Positions 28,315-38,594 are shown, counted from the first letter of the stretch. The stretch is DNA of 47,721 nucleotides from Bacteriovoracaceae bacterium (GCA_041586955.1 JBFGZE010000016.1:1-47721); one strand, 5' to 3'. Numbers and translations are program-made. The notes: generated from the sequence alone by a model not told the origin.

Positions 28315-29586
28315 TTAGAGGAATTGAGCGAGAGGGAGGCCAATAGAGAGGCCATACATCCGCGCCTCTCGTTCATCTTTTTGCCAATCGATAAAATTGA
28401 GTTCCCAAAAATAGCCTTTGCCCCAACGCAGCCATAAATTGGTGTAACGCTCCTTGCTCGAAGTGGAGAGAAAGGTGCCGTAAACCACATTATAATTTTC
28501 AATACCAAAAGCGTTGCGGTACACGATTTCAAACCCCTGAGGGAAAATGAGCTCATGTTGGAAACTTTTTTTATCATGGCCAAAACTGAGTCCTTGAAAA
28601 CCTATTAGAGGGACAAATTGAATCCGGCCATCCATGGCGTCTGCTAATTCATAGGCAAAGTACATTCCACTATTATTAAAAATCGATTTATTCATAACGA
28701 AAGCATCAAAGAAGCGCAGGCTAGTGGTGCGACCCATATCAAATTTTCCATAAATCATTAGCGCTGGAGAGAGCTTATCATTACGAGCATCAACCCCTTG
28801 GTTAGCACTGAAAATATAGGGGCCAAATCCGTAGGCCAATTTCATGCGGTGTAGACGCTTGGGTAAAGTCGCTTTAATTTTAATCATTCTTTGGCGTCCG
28901 TGTTTATCTTGAGTTGTGATACTGGCGCCTCGATTATCTAATAAATAGGTTGTGAAGGGGGGAGGGGTGCCATCGACCAATTGCAGGTTGGTGGCCGACC
29001 AGGTAACAGCAAGCCGCGGGCGCTCTTTGCCCCAATGACCGATTTTTTCCATGCGGCAACCGATACTCATGTATTCGCCTTCAAGGCCTTCAAATTTTAA
29101 ATTATAGCGGCTACAAGAATAATCAATAAGTTTTGTTTTTTGTTCTTTGGGCCTGATCTTTGATTCGACGGTTAATTGGCCAATAATTTCTGAACCCCGA
29201 TGCAGGTAAAGAGTTCCTGGGTTAAAAAGATTGAGATAAAGGTCAAAGAGTAGGTCCTTATCAGTAGTGATGGGGATAATCGTTTTAACACCATATCTGA
29301 TGAAAAAAGTTTGTCCAGATTTGGTTGGTCTCTTTAAACGAATTTCAACTCGCACTCTAGGGATTAAGAGATTAGATTCATCCCGCACCCATTGCAAGGA
29401 GCCCTTAATAAAATTGACACGATAAGGGATCTTTTCATTCATTTTAATTAAATGAAAATCCTCGAGCTTAAGATCGATACGGGAGCGCCCAATCTGGACA
29501 TCTCCAAAGGAAACGGAAATGGGAGAATTTTGGGCCATTAAAGTGCCTAATGGCATGAACGCTAAGAATAATAAAAGTAATTTCAT
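28315..29586 (-). CDS. Hypothetical secreted/outer-membrane protein
   Basis: Signal peptide, aromatic beta-strand-rich C-terminal half. Confidence 0.75.
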   Translation of the reverse strand: MKLLLLFLAFMPLGTLMAQNSPISVSFGDVQIGRSRIDLKLEDFHLIKMNEKIPYRVNFIKGSLQWVRDESNLLIPRVRVEIRLKRPTKSGQTFFIRYGVKTIIPITTDKDLLFDLYLNLFNPGTLYLHRGSEIIGQLTVESKIRPKEQKTKLIDYSCSRYNLKFEGLEGEYMSIGCRMEKIGHWGKERPRLAVTWSATNLQLVDGTPPPFTTYLLDNRGASITTQDKHGRQRMIKIKATLPKRLHRMKLAYGFGPYIFSANQGVDARNDKLSPALMIYGKFDMGRTTSLRFFDAFVMNKSIFNNSGMYFAYELADAMDGRIQFVPLIGFQGLSFGHDKKSFQHELIFPQGFEIVYRNAFGIENYNVVYGTFLSTSSKERYTNLWLRWGKGYFWELNFIDWQKDEREARMYGLSIGLPLAQFL

Positions 29587-29754
29587 GGCCTTATTTTACC
29601 ATCCACCGGTGCCATCCAGGTAGGGTCCAATATTTTCCAGCCTAGAATTGTTGCGGAGCAGTGTCTGCAAAGTCTGGCCTATATGCTGTTAAGACTTGTC
29701 AGCTAAAGGCAGCCAGTTTATACATTTGCCTATGCACTAACTTATTGGAAACCA

Positions 29755-30852
29755 ATGACTCAGGACCACTTTTTAGATTCATATCATTTTGAACTTCCTG
29801 GCCATTTAGTGGCGGAAAGGCCCTGCGAACAAAGGGATGCCTGTCGCCTTCTCATCTATGATGAGGCCCAGGATCAAGTTATTCATAGCACCTTTAATAA
29901 GATTGGCGAGTACTTACCAAAGGCCGCGGTTTTATGCATGAATCAATCAAAAGTGATTCCCTGCCGCTTGGAGGCGAAAACCCCTCATGGTGGTAAAGTC
30001 GAAATTTTTATTCTTTCCCTCGTTGCAGAGAATGGTTACTACCGCGCTTTAGTTCGCTCCAACGGCAAAAAGCGAGTCGGTGATCGTTATATTTTAAATA
30101 ACGGCGAAGAGTTTTCTGTCGTTCACAAGGGAGAAAGTGGTGGCCTTGGTCTTAAACCTTTAAATCAAGACTTATCGATTGCCGCTTTATTAGATCAGGC
30201 GGGACAAATCCCTATTCCTCCTTATATTCGTGATGGGGTTTCTGATGAACGAGATTTATCGGATTACCAAACTGTTTTTGCCACAACTCCTGGTTCTGTG
30301 GCGGCCCCTACTGCTGGTCTCCATTTTACTAATGAATTATTGAATACTTTAAAGGAGAAGGGCGTTGATTGCCTGAAGGCCTCTCTCCACGTCGGACTTG
30401 GAACATTTCTCCCAGTAAAAACTGATGATATCCGCGAGCACAATATGCATGCGGAAGAATATTTTATTGACGAAGAAAATCTCTCATCATTAAAGCAATG
30501 GGTTGAAAAGGAGGGGAGACCTCTTTTTGCTGTTGGAACTACATCTTTACGGGTCCTAGAGTCTCGGTATAAAAATCATGAATTTGATTTAAAAGCGGAT
30601 GCTGTCTATTCGACCGATATTTTTTTAAGGCCAGGGGTAGATGTTCAGTCTATTAATGGTTTGATTACGAATTTTCATTTACCCAAATCATCACTTCTCA
30701 TGTTGGTCTCGGCGCTCATTGGCCGGGAGAAAACTATGAGTCTTTATGAGGAGGCGATCAAAAACGAATACCGTTTTTTCTCCTATGGTGACGCCATGTT
30801 GATTTTACGGGATCCGAAAAAAGTCAAAAGGAATATGAATGACGTTCTTTAG
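29755..30852 (+). CDS. queA: S-adenosylmethionine:tRNA ribosyltransferase-isomerase
   Basis: PIPPYIR, DYQTVFA, GSVAAPTAGLHF, LHVGLGTF, TNFHLPKSSL, YRFFSYGDAM. Confidence 0.98.
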   Translation: MTQDHFLDSYHFELPGHLVAERPCEQRDACRLLIYDEAQDQVIHSTFNKIGEYLPKAAVLCMNQSKVIPCRLEAKTPHGGKVEIFILSLVAENGYYRALVRSNGKKRVGDRYILNNGEEFSVVHKGESGGLGLKPLNQDLSIAALLDQAGQIPIPPYIRDGVSDERDLSDYQTVFATTPGSVAAPTAGLHFTNELLNTLKEKGVDCLKASLHVGLGTFLPVKTDDIREHNMHAEEYFIDEENLSSLKQWVEKEGRPLFAVGTTSLRVLESRYKNHEFDLKADAVYSTDIFLRPGVDVQSINGLITNFHLPKSSLLMLVSALIGREKTMSLYEEAIKNEYRFFSYGDAMLILRDPKKVKRNMNDVL

Positions 30853-31954
30853 TTTAGAGGCGAGTAGTGGCCAGGCGCGCGCCGGAATAGTACGCACCGC
30901 TCATGGTGATATCCAAACTCCCATTTTTATGCCAGTGGGAACTCGAGGGTCAGTTAAAACCTTAACCCAAAGAGATCTTAAAGAAGTCGGTGCCCAAATT
31001 ATTTTAGGGAATACCTATCATCTCTATTTACGTCCTGGTGCTGATCTAATTGAAAGAGTTGCTGGCGGCCTCCACCAATTTATGAATTGGGACCGGCCGA
31101 TCTTAACCGATTCTGGCGGCTTTCAAGTTTTCTCCCTTTCTAAATTAAATAAACGCTCGGAAGAGGGAGTACGTTTTCAGTCACACCTCGATGGCTCTTA
31201 TCATATGCTCTCACCAGAAAAGTCGATGGAGATTCAAAAGGGTCTAGGTAGTGATATTGTCATGGCCTTTGATGAATGCCCCGCCTTGCCAGCAACCAAA
31301 GATTCTCTCCGTGAAAGTATGGAATTAACTTTGCGCTGGGCCCAGCGCTGTAAAGATTACCAATTAAAGGATCACCAAAATCTATTTGGCATTATTCAAG
31401 GTGGACTGCATCGCGATTTACGCCAGGAATGTATGGAGCGCTTAGAAGAAATTGATTTTCCTGGACTCGCTCTTGGTGGCCTCTCTGTTGGCGAAAAAAA
31501 TGAAGAGATGGTCGAGTTTCTCGATGACTTTACACCTAAGATGCCAGCGCATAAACCACGCTATTTAATGGGCGTAGGTAAGCCTCTGGATATTCTTAAT
31601 GGGATTCGTGCAGGAATTGATATGTTTGATTGTGTGCTGCCGACGCGCAACGCACGAAATGGTCAATTTTTAACTAACCGCGGTCCACTTAATATTAAAA
31701 AAGTCCGGTTTAAGGAAGACCCTTTACCTCCTGATCCAGAGTGCTCCTGTCATGTTTGCCAAAACTACAGTCGCTCCTATATTCGCCACCTTTATAATGT
31801 AGGCGAGTTTCTCGCTGGACAATTGATAACTCACCACAATATTCACTTTTATCTGAACATGGTGCGCGAGGCCAGGGCCGCTATTTTGGCCGAACAATTT
31901 GACGATTATTATAGCAACTTCTATAACAAGTATAATTCTAACGAATATCGTTAA
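30839..31954 (+). CDS. tgt: tRNA-guanine transglycosylase
   Basis: TPIFMPVGT, NTYHL, TDSGGFQVFS, RYLMGVG, DMFDCVLPTR, CSCHVC zinc site. Confidence 0.98.
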   Translation: MTFFSLEASSGQARAGIVRTAHGDIQTPIFMPVGTRGSVKTLTQRDLKEVGAQIILGNTYHLYLRPGADLIERVAGGLHQFMNWDRPILTDSGGFQVFSLSKLNKRSEEGVRFQSHLDGSYHMLSPEKSMEIQKGLGSDIVMAFDECPALPATKDSLRESMELTLRWAQRCKDYQLKDHQNLFGIIQGGLHRDLRQECMERLEEIDFPGLALGGLSVGEKNEEMVEFLDDFTPKMPAHKPRYLMGVGKPLDILNGIRAGIDMFDCVLPTRNARNGQFLTNRGPLNIKKVRFKEDPLPPDPECSCHVCQNYSRSYIRHLYNVGEFLAGQLITHHNIHFYLNMVREARAAILAEQFDDYYSNFYNKYNSNEYR

Positions 31955-31973
31955 CGACTAACGGGGATTTATC

Positions 31974-32327
31974 ATGATTAAATTAGTACTTCTTTCTCTT
32001 ATTGACCAAAACTTTGCACAGGCCGCCGACGCAGCCCAAGGCAATCCATTGGCGCAATTTTTACCTTTTATTCTTATTTTTGGTGTCTTTTATTTTTTAA
32101 TGATCAAGCCGCAAAAAAAGAAACTGGAGGAAGAGAAGAAATTATTGGATAATTTAGAAAAAGGGGCAGAGGTCTATACCAAGTCTGGTCTTTTAGGAAA
32201 AATCGTAGGCATAACCGATAAGGTTATTACACTTGAAGTGGCCGAGGGAACGAAGCTCAAAATCTTACGTAGCCAAATTGGTGGCCTCGCTAATAAAATT
32301 TTTGAACAAAAACCAAAGGAAGCTTAA
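31974..32327 (+). CDS. yajC: Preprotein translocase subunit YajC
   Basis: FYFLMIKPQKKK, L.KG.EV.T.SG..GKI; position after tgt. Confidence 0.95.
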   Translation: MIKLVLLSLIDQNFAQAADAAQGNPLAQFLPFILIFGVFYFLMIKPQKKKLEEEKKLLDNLEKGAEVYTKSGLLGKIVGITDKVITLEVAEGTKLKILRSQIGGLANKIFEQKPKEA

Positions 32328-32330
32328 TTT

Positions 32331-32696
32331 ATGTTTGGTCTTGGTGGTGGGGAGTTACTCCTCGTTTTTCTTTTCGCGTTGATTTTTATTGGACCTAAAA
32401 AATTACCAGAACTCGCACGCAGTTTAGGAAAAGGGATTCGTGAATTTCAACGCGCTAAGGACGATCTTATCAATACAGTTGATAATGAACGGGCCAGCCT
32501 TGACCAACAAGATCCTCCTACTGGTGTTAATGCTCCGCAAACGACTTGGGAACGCGACCCTTATGACCCATCAGCGGAGCATAGCGATGAAAATCACAAT
32601 CATGCCCACAACTCTGAAGTTCAAGCTGATGATAATGAGGGGCGCGTCGCTGAGACGACAGAAAAGGTTCCCAAAAAAGAAGAAAAGGAAATTTAA
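32331..32696 (+). CDS. tatB: Twin-arginine translocase TatA/TatB-family subunit (TatB-like E8 and GP motif)
   Basis: MFGLGGGELLLV...IGPKKLPELARSLGKGIREF; TatA versus TatB not certain. Confidence 0.8.
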   Translation: MFGLGGGELLLVFLFALIFIGPKKLPELARSLGKGIREFQRAKDDLINTVDNERASLDQQDPPTGVNAPQTTWERDPYDPSAEHSDENHNHAHNSEVQADDNEGRVAETTEKVPKKEEKEI

Positions 32697-32747
32697 CCGA
32701 GCGTATTACTTGGTTTAAATTTCCCTTTTAGAAATATTATTGATAAC

Positions 32748-32776
32748 TTGCCATGACTTTCCGAGATCCTTATACT
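32748..32776 (+). promoter_or_regulatory. Sigma-70 promoter upstream of secD
   Basis: TTGCCA-N17-TATACT. Confidence 0.65.
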
Positions 32777-32841
32777 TGATCTACGGACTTTTTCTTTTAA
32801 TCAGTCTTTTATAATTTTCGATAACTTGAGGAGTTTTATCC

Positions 32842-34548
32842 ATGAAAAGATCGTGGTGGACCAGTTTTACTGTGCTCTTGGTTTTAACAATTATCTCTGT
32901 GGTAATGGTTATCCCAACCGCTTTAAACTTTAACGAAGAGGATAATTATCCCGTCAAATCCAAAATTAATTTGGGGCTCGATCTACAGGGTGGCCTTTAT
33001 ATGATTTTAGGAATTGACTTTAATCGTGTCTATAAAGACGAGGTTAAGGGATATGCTCGTAAGATTGAGTTCCTACTCAAGGATCAGGGCATGCCCAATA
33101 CTATTGGGGAGCTCAATGTGAGCGATGTGACAGATCCGCGCCATTCTGTGGTCTTAGCAGATCCTTCAAAGGTGGAGCAGGCGAAGGCAAAAATTAGAGA
33201 ATTTTACCCCTCCGTTCTTCGTTTAACAGCAGAAAATGGTGGTGAGCTTGAATACGCTCTTACTAAAGTTACGAAGACGCAAATTGAAGAACAATCAGTA
33301 ACAAAGTCCATTGAAGTCATTCGCAACAGAATTGATGAATTTGGTGTGACTGAACCAGAGATCGTGAGTCAGGGGAAAGACCGTATTATTGTCCAACTGC
33401 CCGGTGTTAAGGATATTGAGCGCGCCAAAGATTTGATCGGTAAAACGGCGAAGCTGACGTTTAATCTCGTCAATGATGAAGTATCCCTGGTTACTATGAA
33501 TGGCTGGATTGAAAAGGCCAAAGCTGCTGGCATCGAATTTAAAAAGGGTGAGCGATTCAGTGAGTATCTTGGCAAGCTTAATGACTTTGTTAAAAAAGAT
33601 CTGCCTAAAGGTTTTCAATTAGCTTTTGAAAAACGTGTTTCCAAGGCCACTAATGAAGTGGAGTCAATGATTCCCTATTTAGTAGAGGCCACCCCGAATC
33701 TAACGGGTGACGCCCTTCAAGATGCGCGTGTGAATATTGATCAACAAAAAAATGAGCCCTACGTGTCTCTCGACTTCAAAGCTGCAGGTGCTCAAATCTT
33801 TGAAGAGTTAACAGGCAATAATATTGGCAAGCGTATGGCCATTATCCTTGATGGTAATGTCTATAGTGCTCCTAATATTCAAACAAAGATTGGTGGAGGC
33901 CGTGCTCAAATTACTTTGGGAACAGGAGGCTTTAATCGTCTGATGAAAGAAGCTCGTGACTTGGCCTTAGTTTTAAGAGCTGGTGCTCTTCCGGTGCAGC
34001 TCGATTTTCTTGAGCAAAGAACAGTGGGTCCAAGTTTAGGTCAGGATTCAATTGAAAAAGCGCGCTATGCTGGATTGATTGGTTGTGCACTCGTCTTCTT
34101 TTTTGTGATCGCCTACTACCGCATCTCTGGTGCCATCGCCATGACCACTTTGGCCTTAAATATTCTTTTCGTTTTGGCCTGCCTCGTGGGCTTTGAAGCA
34201 ACCTTAACCCTTCCGGGGATTGCTGGTATCGCTTTAACTATTGGTATGGCGGTTGATGCCAATATCATTATTTACGAGCGGATTAGAGAAGAGATACGCA
34301 AGGGTGTGAATAATTATAAATCTGTTGAAGGCGGCTTTGGCCATGCTTTTTGGACGATTATTGATGCCAATATCACAACAGCATTAGCGGGGATTTGCCT
34401 TCTCAATTTTGGTACCGGACCGATTCGTGGTTTCGCCGTAACCTTATTGATTGGTATTTTTGCAACTGTGTATACCTCTTACTTTGTTGGGAAATTAATG
34501 TTTGATTTCTATATGAATAAAGTTGAAGGTCAAGACTTAAGCATTTAA
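32842..34548 (+). CDS. secD: Protein translocase subunit SecD
   Basis: LGLDLQGG, RIDEFGVTEP, LRAGALP, VGPSLG, GMAVDANIIIYERIREE. Confidence 0.98.
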   Translation: MKRSWWTSFTVLLVLTIISVVMVIPTALNFNEEDNYPVKSKINLGLDLQGGLYMILGIDFNRVYKDEVKGYARKIEFLLKDQGMPNTIGELNVSDVTDPRHSVVLADPSKVEQAKAKIREFYPSVLRLTAENGGELEYALTKVTKTQIEEQSVTKSIEVIRNRIDEFGVTEPEIVSQGKDRIIVQLPGVKDIERAKDLIGKTAKLTFNLVNDEVSLVTMNGWIEKAKAAGIEFKKGERFSEYLGKLNDFVKKDLPKGFQLAFEKRVSKATNEVESMIPYLVEATPNLTGDALQDARVNIDQQKNEPYVSLDFKAAGAQIFEELTGNNIGKRMAIILDGNVYSAPNIQTKIGGGRAQITLGTGGFNRLMKEARDLALVLRAGALPVQLDFLEQRTVGPSLGQDSIEKARYAGLIGCALVFFFVIAYYRISGAIAMTTLALNILFVLACLVGFEATLTLPGIAGIALTIGMAVDANIIIYERIREEIRKGVNNYKSVEGGFGHAFWTIIDANITTALAGICLLNFGTGPIRGFAVTLLIGIFATVYTSYFVGKLMFDFYMNKVEGQDLSI

Positions 34549-34561
34549 AGATGGAGTCATT

Positions 34562-35497
34562 ATGTTTGAAGTAATTAAAGCAAATACAAATTATAATTTT
34601 GTGGCAAAGTTTAAATGGACGGCGCCTTTTTCTATTCTCCTCGTTATCGCGAGTCTATTTTTTGTCCTCACAAAAATGCAATACGGGGTTGATTTTCGCG
34701 GTGGTGCAGAAGTTCAGGTGAAGTCCACACAGGCCGTTGCCATGGAAGATATGCGTGCCTACCTCAAAAAAGAGGGTTTTAAAGGGGCCCAGGTCCAAAC
34801 GATTGGTGATTTAACTGATAACGAATTATTGATTAAGCTTCAAGGGGAAGAAGGTGAACTCAATGAGATTACCGAAAAGGTTAGTCAATCACTTAAGTCT
34901 GGCTTTTCCGCGACAGGGATGACCATTCGTAAGGTTGATATCGTTGGGCCAAAGGCCGGTGCTCAATTGCGTATTTCCGGCTTTCAGGCCATGCTATGGG
35001 CCTTGATCGCTATTATGGTCTACATCGGCCTTCGCTTTGACTTTAAATATTCTCCAGGTGCTATTGTGGCACTGTTTCACGACGTCACTATTATCCTCGG
35101 GATTTTTGCCTTAACAGGTACTGAGTTTACTCTGCAAATTGTCGCAGCACTTTTAGCGGTTATTGGTTACTCAGTTAATGATACCGTGATTGTTTACGAT
35201 CGCGTGCGCGAACATGAGCAGCAAAATGCTGCGATAGATCTTTCGGAACATATCAACATGGCCGTTAATGAGACCCTCTCGCGTACTATTTTAACTTCTG
35301 GAACAACTCTTTTTGTCGCCCTTTCCATGCTTTTCTTTGGTGGATTGGCGATCAAAGACTTTTTCTTTGCTATTACTCTCGGTGTCTTTATCGGAACCTA
35401 TTCTTCCATTTTCGTGGCCGCACCGGTAACATTACTCTTTGACCGTATGAAAAAGCATGACAATAGGTCAGGCGCCGGAGTCAAGGCCAGTGTTTAA
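34562..35497 (+). CDS. secF: Protein translocase subunit SecF
   Basis: GVDFRGG, VGP..G, HDV, GYSVNDTVIVYDRVRE, GTYSSIF. Confidence 0.98.
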   Translation: MFEVIKANTNYNFVAKFKWTAPFSILLVIASLFFVLTKMQYGVDFRGGAEVQVKSTQAVAMEDMRAYLKKEGFKGAQVQTIGDLTDNELLIKLQGEEGELNEITEKVSQSLKSGFSATGMTIRKVDIVGPKAGAQLRISGFQAMLWALIAIMVYIGLRFDFKYSPGAIVALFHDVTIILGIFALTGTEFTLQIVAALLAVIGYSVNDTVIVYDRVREHEQQNAAIDLSEHINMAVNETLSRTILTSGTTLFVALSMLFFGGLAIKDFFFAITLGVFIGTYSSIFVAAPVTLLFDRMKKHDNRSGAGVKASV

Positions 35498-36167
35498 AAT
35501 TTGTCTTCTTTTCGCTTCTTTTCTTATTTTCCTTTCTCCTCTTGGATTTGGCCAAGAGGATGAGATGGTGGATGAAGACCAACAACCAAAAGAGGAGGTT
35601 GTTGAGCATGCCAATTCGCTGGAAGAGGCGCAAGAAGAGGGTGATGAGGGGAAAGAAGATTACATTAGTGAAGCTCAAAGACTTCAGCGTGTAAACTTTC
35701 TGATGGACCTCATTATGCGTAAGCATGATGATAAAAATAGCGAAGATCTCAAGCGCTTGGCCAACCAAATTTCGGATAGTTTTGGCGATATGTCCCAGGA
35801 TCAAATCATTGCCCATCTTAAGAAAAAAGGTGAAGGGAATGTCTTTGGTAAAGTCCTAGAGATGTTTCCCAAGATTGGTGTCTTCATTGCCGAAGTTCTT
35901 AAAGACGAAATGGCGATCTTTCAATTCTTTCGCATTGTTCAAAGTCGCGATAAATTATTCTCTCTCGCTTTGGTTGGTATTCTCACGATGATTATTGCTT
36001 GGCGTTGGAAGGCCAAGGATTTACGCCTGGGAAATACCGGCTTTTTAAGCGGCCAAAAGCGTGGTCTCAGCCTTTTTGCGATCCGTATGGGCGTTCTTTA
36101 TTATTTCCTAGGCACAGAGCTTATGCCAACAGTGAAAATTGCCTGGAGGGTATTTGTAACAGGTTAA
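35490..36167 (+). CDS. Hypothetical membrane protein with acidic N-terminal region
   Basis: GTG at 35490 with GGAG RBS, signal-like N-terminus, C-terminal TM helices; overlaps the secF stop. Confidence 0.7.
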   Translation: MFKICLLFASFLIFLSPLGFGQEDEMVDEDQQPKEEVVEHANSLEEAQEEGDEGKEDYISEAQRLQRVNFLMDLIMRKHDDKNSEDLKRLANQISDSFGDMSQDQIIAHLKKKGEGNVFGKVLEMFPKIGVFIAEVLKDEMAIFQFFRIVQSRDKLFSLALVGILTMIIAWRWKAKDLRLGNTGFLSGQKRGLSLFAIRMGVLYYFLGTELMPTVKIAWRVFVTG

Positions 36168-36170
36168 GGA

Positions 36171-37859
36171 TCAGTCTGTTGCCGGTACACAACCAAACCT
36201 TTTATCCGGTGGCCGATGGGTGGTAATAAGTCCCGTCGTCTCCCCATTTTTCCCAATACTATCAGGCGCACGTACCGTATAAAGAGATTGATCCGATTGG
36301 CGGGTTAATGGGTCTTCGTTGACACCATCAGCGGCCGGCCAATAAAAATGAATTGTGCGGTTATTGGCGGTAACTTCATCGGCCTTTACCGGTGTGCCAT
36401 TTTCTATATAAAACCAAATCTTTTTGAGAAGGTTCTCACGGATAATGAGAACGTCTTGTGGCTTTTCACTAGTCTGTCCATCGGGAGTGGTATAACTCTC
36501 AGGCTCGCGCTCGGAAAGATAAACTCCCTCTGTTGGGACACCCACTAATTCCTTAAGGATTTTAAAGATTGGCTCATTGGAATGGTATTCATCTTGACCG
36601 GGGCAAAAAGCGCGGCCACTTTGCTCATTTATCCACGGTTGCATATAAATTCCCAAATTAGGAGGTGTGCTATCGGCATTAGGGCGGTTAGGCCATGAGA
36701 AAAGATTAAAGAGGTTAATCGTCTGGCCAGTAACACCGTAATCAATCGCCAATTGATTTTCTATTTCTTTATTAATATCGGGAGAGTTGTCCTGATCCAA
36801 ATCGACAAAGCGCAGGTCAGTATAATCCCAAAGGGCAAAATGATGAGGAATTTCCTCTAAGCGTGGGAAAAGCATGGAATCGTTTTGACCGTATTGATTG
36901 ACATCATGGCAGGCGACAAAGGGGTTACCCGGGGCCATCGAAGTGGGGCGGTTTCCGTTTGGAAAATAAAAATGCAAACGGGCATAGTCTTCAAAATACT
37001 CAGAATCACCCTCCGTCGACTCCGGTCTTTGCACACAAGTGTATTGTGAGATGGAAGTCAATTTTAAAGGGCCAACGAATCCTGTGCCATCATCTGGCGT
37101 CTTCATATAAATTTGAAAAGAATCGCTACGGGCATCAGAGCCTGATTGATTTTCCACAAGAGTTGCGACATAGGTTTTGTTTTCATCTAAATCGACTAAG
37201 GAGGCGGAAAATGAGTTACTATCCGCTGGTATATTAAGACTAATATATTGGGTACTGGCACCATCGAATACTTCGAGCTTACAGGCAGGGCCTTTATAAT
37301 CGGAACCGGTGATTTCTTGGTTACACCAATTTTCTAAATTGCCTAGATCATTATTAAGTTCAACATCTGGCCCTAAAGTGACGCGGCCATAGAGGGTGGG
37401 GGTAGAGGTCGTCGGCGCAGTTGCGCAATAGGAATCGCAATTATTAATGATGATGGGTTTGCCGTCTTTGCAGGCGCAAAAACCCTTATCGATAAAAACC
37501 TGGCCTGAGGGACGTAAGATACCTGAACCTGGTAAACAAACCTTGGCCGCGGAATTAATATTACTGGTATAAGTTTTTTTACTGGCATCGGTGAGAGTGC
37601 CTGAGTTGTTGATATCATTGAGTGCTGTGGTTACTTCATCGGAGCTGGCCTCGTGTGATCCTGAAGGGCAAACACTAAGGCATTGAGCGGTTTCAGTGAC
37701 GAAGGCCTCACTGCAAATTTCATCTTCGCCTTCAACAAATTGTTTAATAAGCGGCCGTCCCTTTCGTCCCACTTCTTCCACGCAGCTTGGCAATAACGTC
37801 AATTGCGCCACGCTGAAAGTGTAAAAAATGAATCGAAAAATAGGGAACCATTTCTTCAT
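36171..37859 (-). CDS. Cys-rich hypothetical lipoprotein
   Basis: ATG 37859 with GGAGG upstream; LLPSC lipobox; numerous Cys. Confidence 0.8.
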   Translation of the reverse strand: MKKWFPIFRFIFYTFSVAQLTLLPSCVEEVGRKGRPLIKQFVEGEDEICSEAFVTETAQCLSVCPSGSHEASSDEVTTALNDINNSGTLTDASKKTYTSNINSAAKVCLPGSGILRPSGQVFIDKGFCACKDGKPIIINNCDSYCATAPTTSTPTLYGRVTLGPDVELNNDLGNLENWCNQEITGSDYKGPACKLEVFDGASTQYISLNIPADSNSFSASLVDLDENKTYVATLVENQSGSDARSDSFQIYMKTPDDGTGFVGPLKLTSISQYTCVQRPESTEGDSEYFEDYARLHFYFPNGNRPTSMAPGNPFVACHDVNQYGQNDSMLFPRLEEIPHHFALWDYTDLRFVDLDQDNSPDINKEIENQLAIDYGVTGQTINLFNLFSWPNRPNADSTPPNLGIYMQPWINEQSGRAFCPGQDEYHSNEPIFKILKELVGVPTEGVYLSEREPESYTTPDGQTSEKPQDVLIIRENLLKKIWFYIENGTPVKADEVTANNRTIHFYWPAADGVNEDPLTRQSDQSLYTVRAPDSIGKNGETTGLITTHRPPDKRFGCVPATD

Positions 37860-37886
37860 AGCTAAAAAATTTTCCTCCGTATAGGC

Positions 37887-37914
37887 TAATCGGCGTTGTC
37901 TCAATAAAGCTTGA
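37887..37914 (-). promoter_or_regulatory. Putative sigma-28 promoter of the Cys-rich lipoprotein gene
   Basis: Minus strand TCAAG-N15-GCCGATTA, ending about 28 nt before ATG 37859. Confidence 0.6.
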
Positions 37915-38085
37915 GTTTTTTGCTATTATACCTTGGACTGCAGTAAATCTTTAAAAATTCAAGGGGTTATGTTAGATTATTCGTTTTTCTAGGTAGTTAT
38001 GTGATAGAAATACTTTCTTAGGGCGGCAGGGATGTGCCATTTATTCTTGGCAACGAAAATTCGTGCTAAAATAATCCTAAGAAGT

Positions 38086-38113
38086 TAAAGAATATTCAGA
38101 CCTTAGACGATAA
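38086..38113 (+). promoter_or_regulatory. Putative sigma-28 promoter of ihfB
   Basis: TAAAG-N15-GACGATAA. Confidence 0.5.
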
Positions 38114-38153
38114 GTCATTAAGTCAGAATTAGTAATATTGTTAGGAGTCCACT

Positions 38154-38459
38154 ATGACAAAGGCAGATTTAGTAGCCGCATTGGAAAAGCAAGCGAATAT
38201 CACTCATAAGCAATCAGAAACGATTATTAATATTTGTTTTGATAGCATGATTAAGTCCCTTTATGAGGATGAAAGAATTGAAATCAGAGGTTTCGGTTCA
38301 TTCGCTAACCGCAATTACAAGGCCTATGAAGGACGTAATCCTAAAACAGGTAAAGTTGTGAAAGTTCCACCAAAAAAAGTTCCTTTCTTCAAAGTGGGTA
38401 AAGAGCTGAAAGAAATGGTGGATTTGGGTAAAGATAAATTCGTTATCCGCGAAGCATAA
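38154..38459 (+). CDS. ihfB: Integration host factor beta / HU-family DNA-binding protein
   Basis: MTK.DL, RIEIRGFGSF, GRNPKTG, PFFKVGKELK. Confidence 0.9.
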   Translation: MTKADLVAALEKQANITHKQSETIINICFDSMIKSLYEDERIEIRGFGSFANRNYKAYEGRNPKTGKVVKVPPKKVPFFKVGKELKEMVDLGKDKFVIREA

Positions 38460-38492
38460 AGCTAATAAAATAAGACTCATATCAATTAATAG

Positions 38493-38523
38493 AAAGGCTT
38501 CCTTTTGGGGGGCCTTTTTTTTT
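38493..38523 (+). terminator. Rho-independent terminator after ihfB
   Basis: AAAGGCTTCC-loop-GGGGGCCTTT with G-U pairs, then a T-tract. Confidence 0.75.
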
Positions 38524-38550
38524 GACAAGAAAGGTTTATTTAGGCATTAT
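38522..38550 (+). promoter_or_regulatory. Sigma-70 promoter for tRNA-Cys
   Basis: TTGACA-N17-CATTAT, overlapping the terminator T-tract. Confidence 0.65.
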
Positions 38551-38594
38551 GAGCACTTACAAAATCTAGGGGACCCTTTTTCTCTAGTTTTTAA

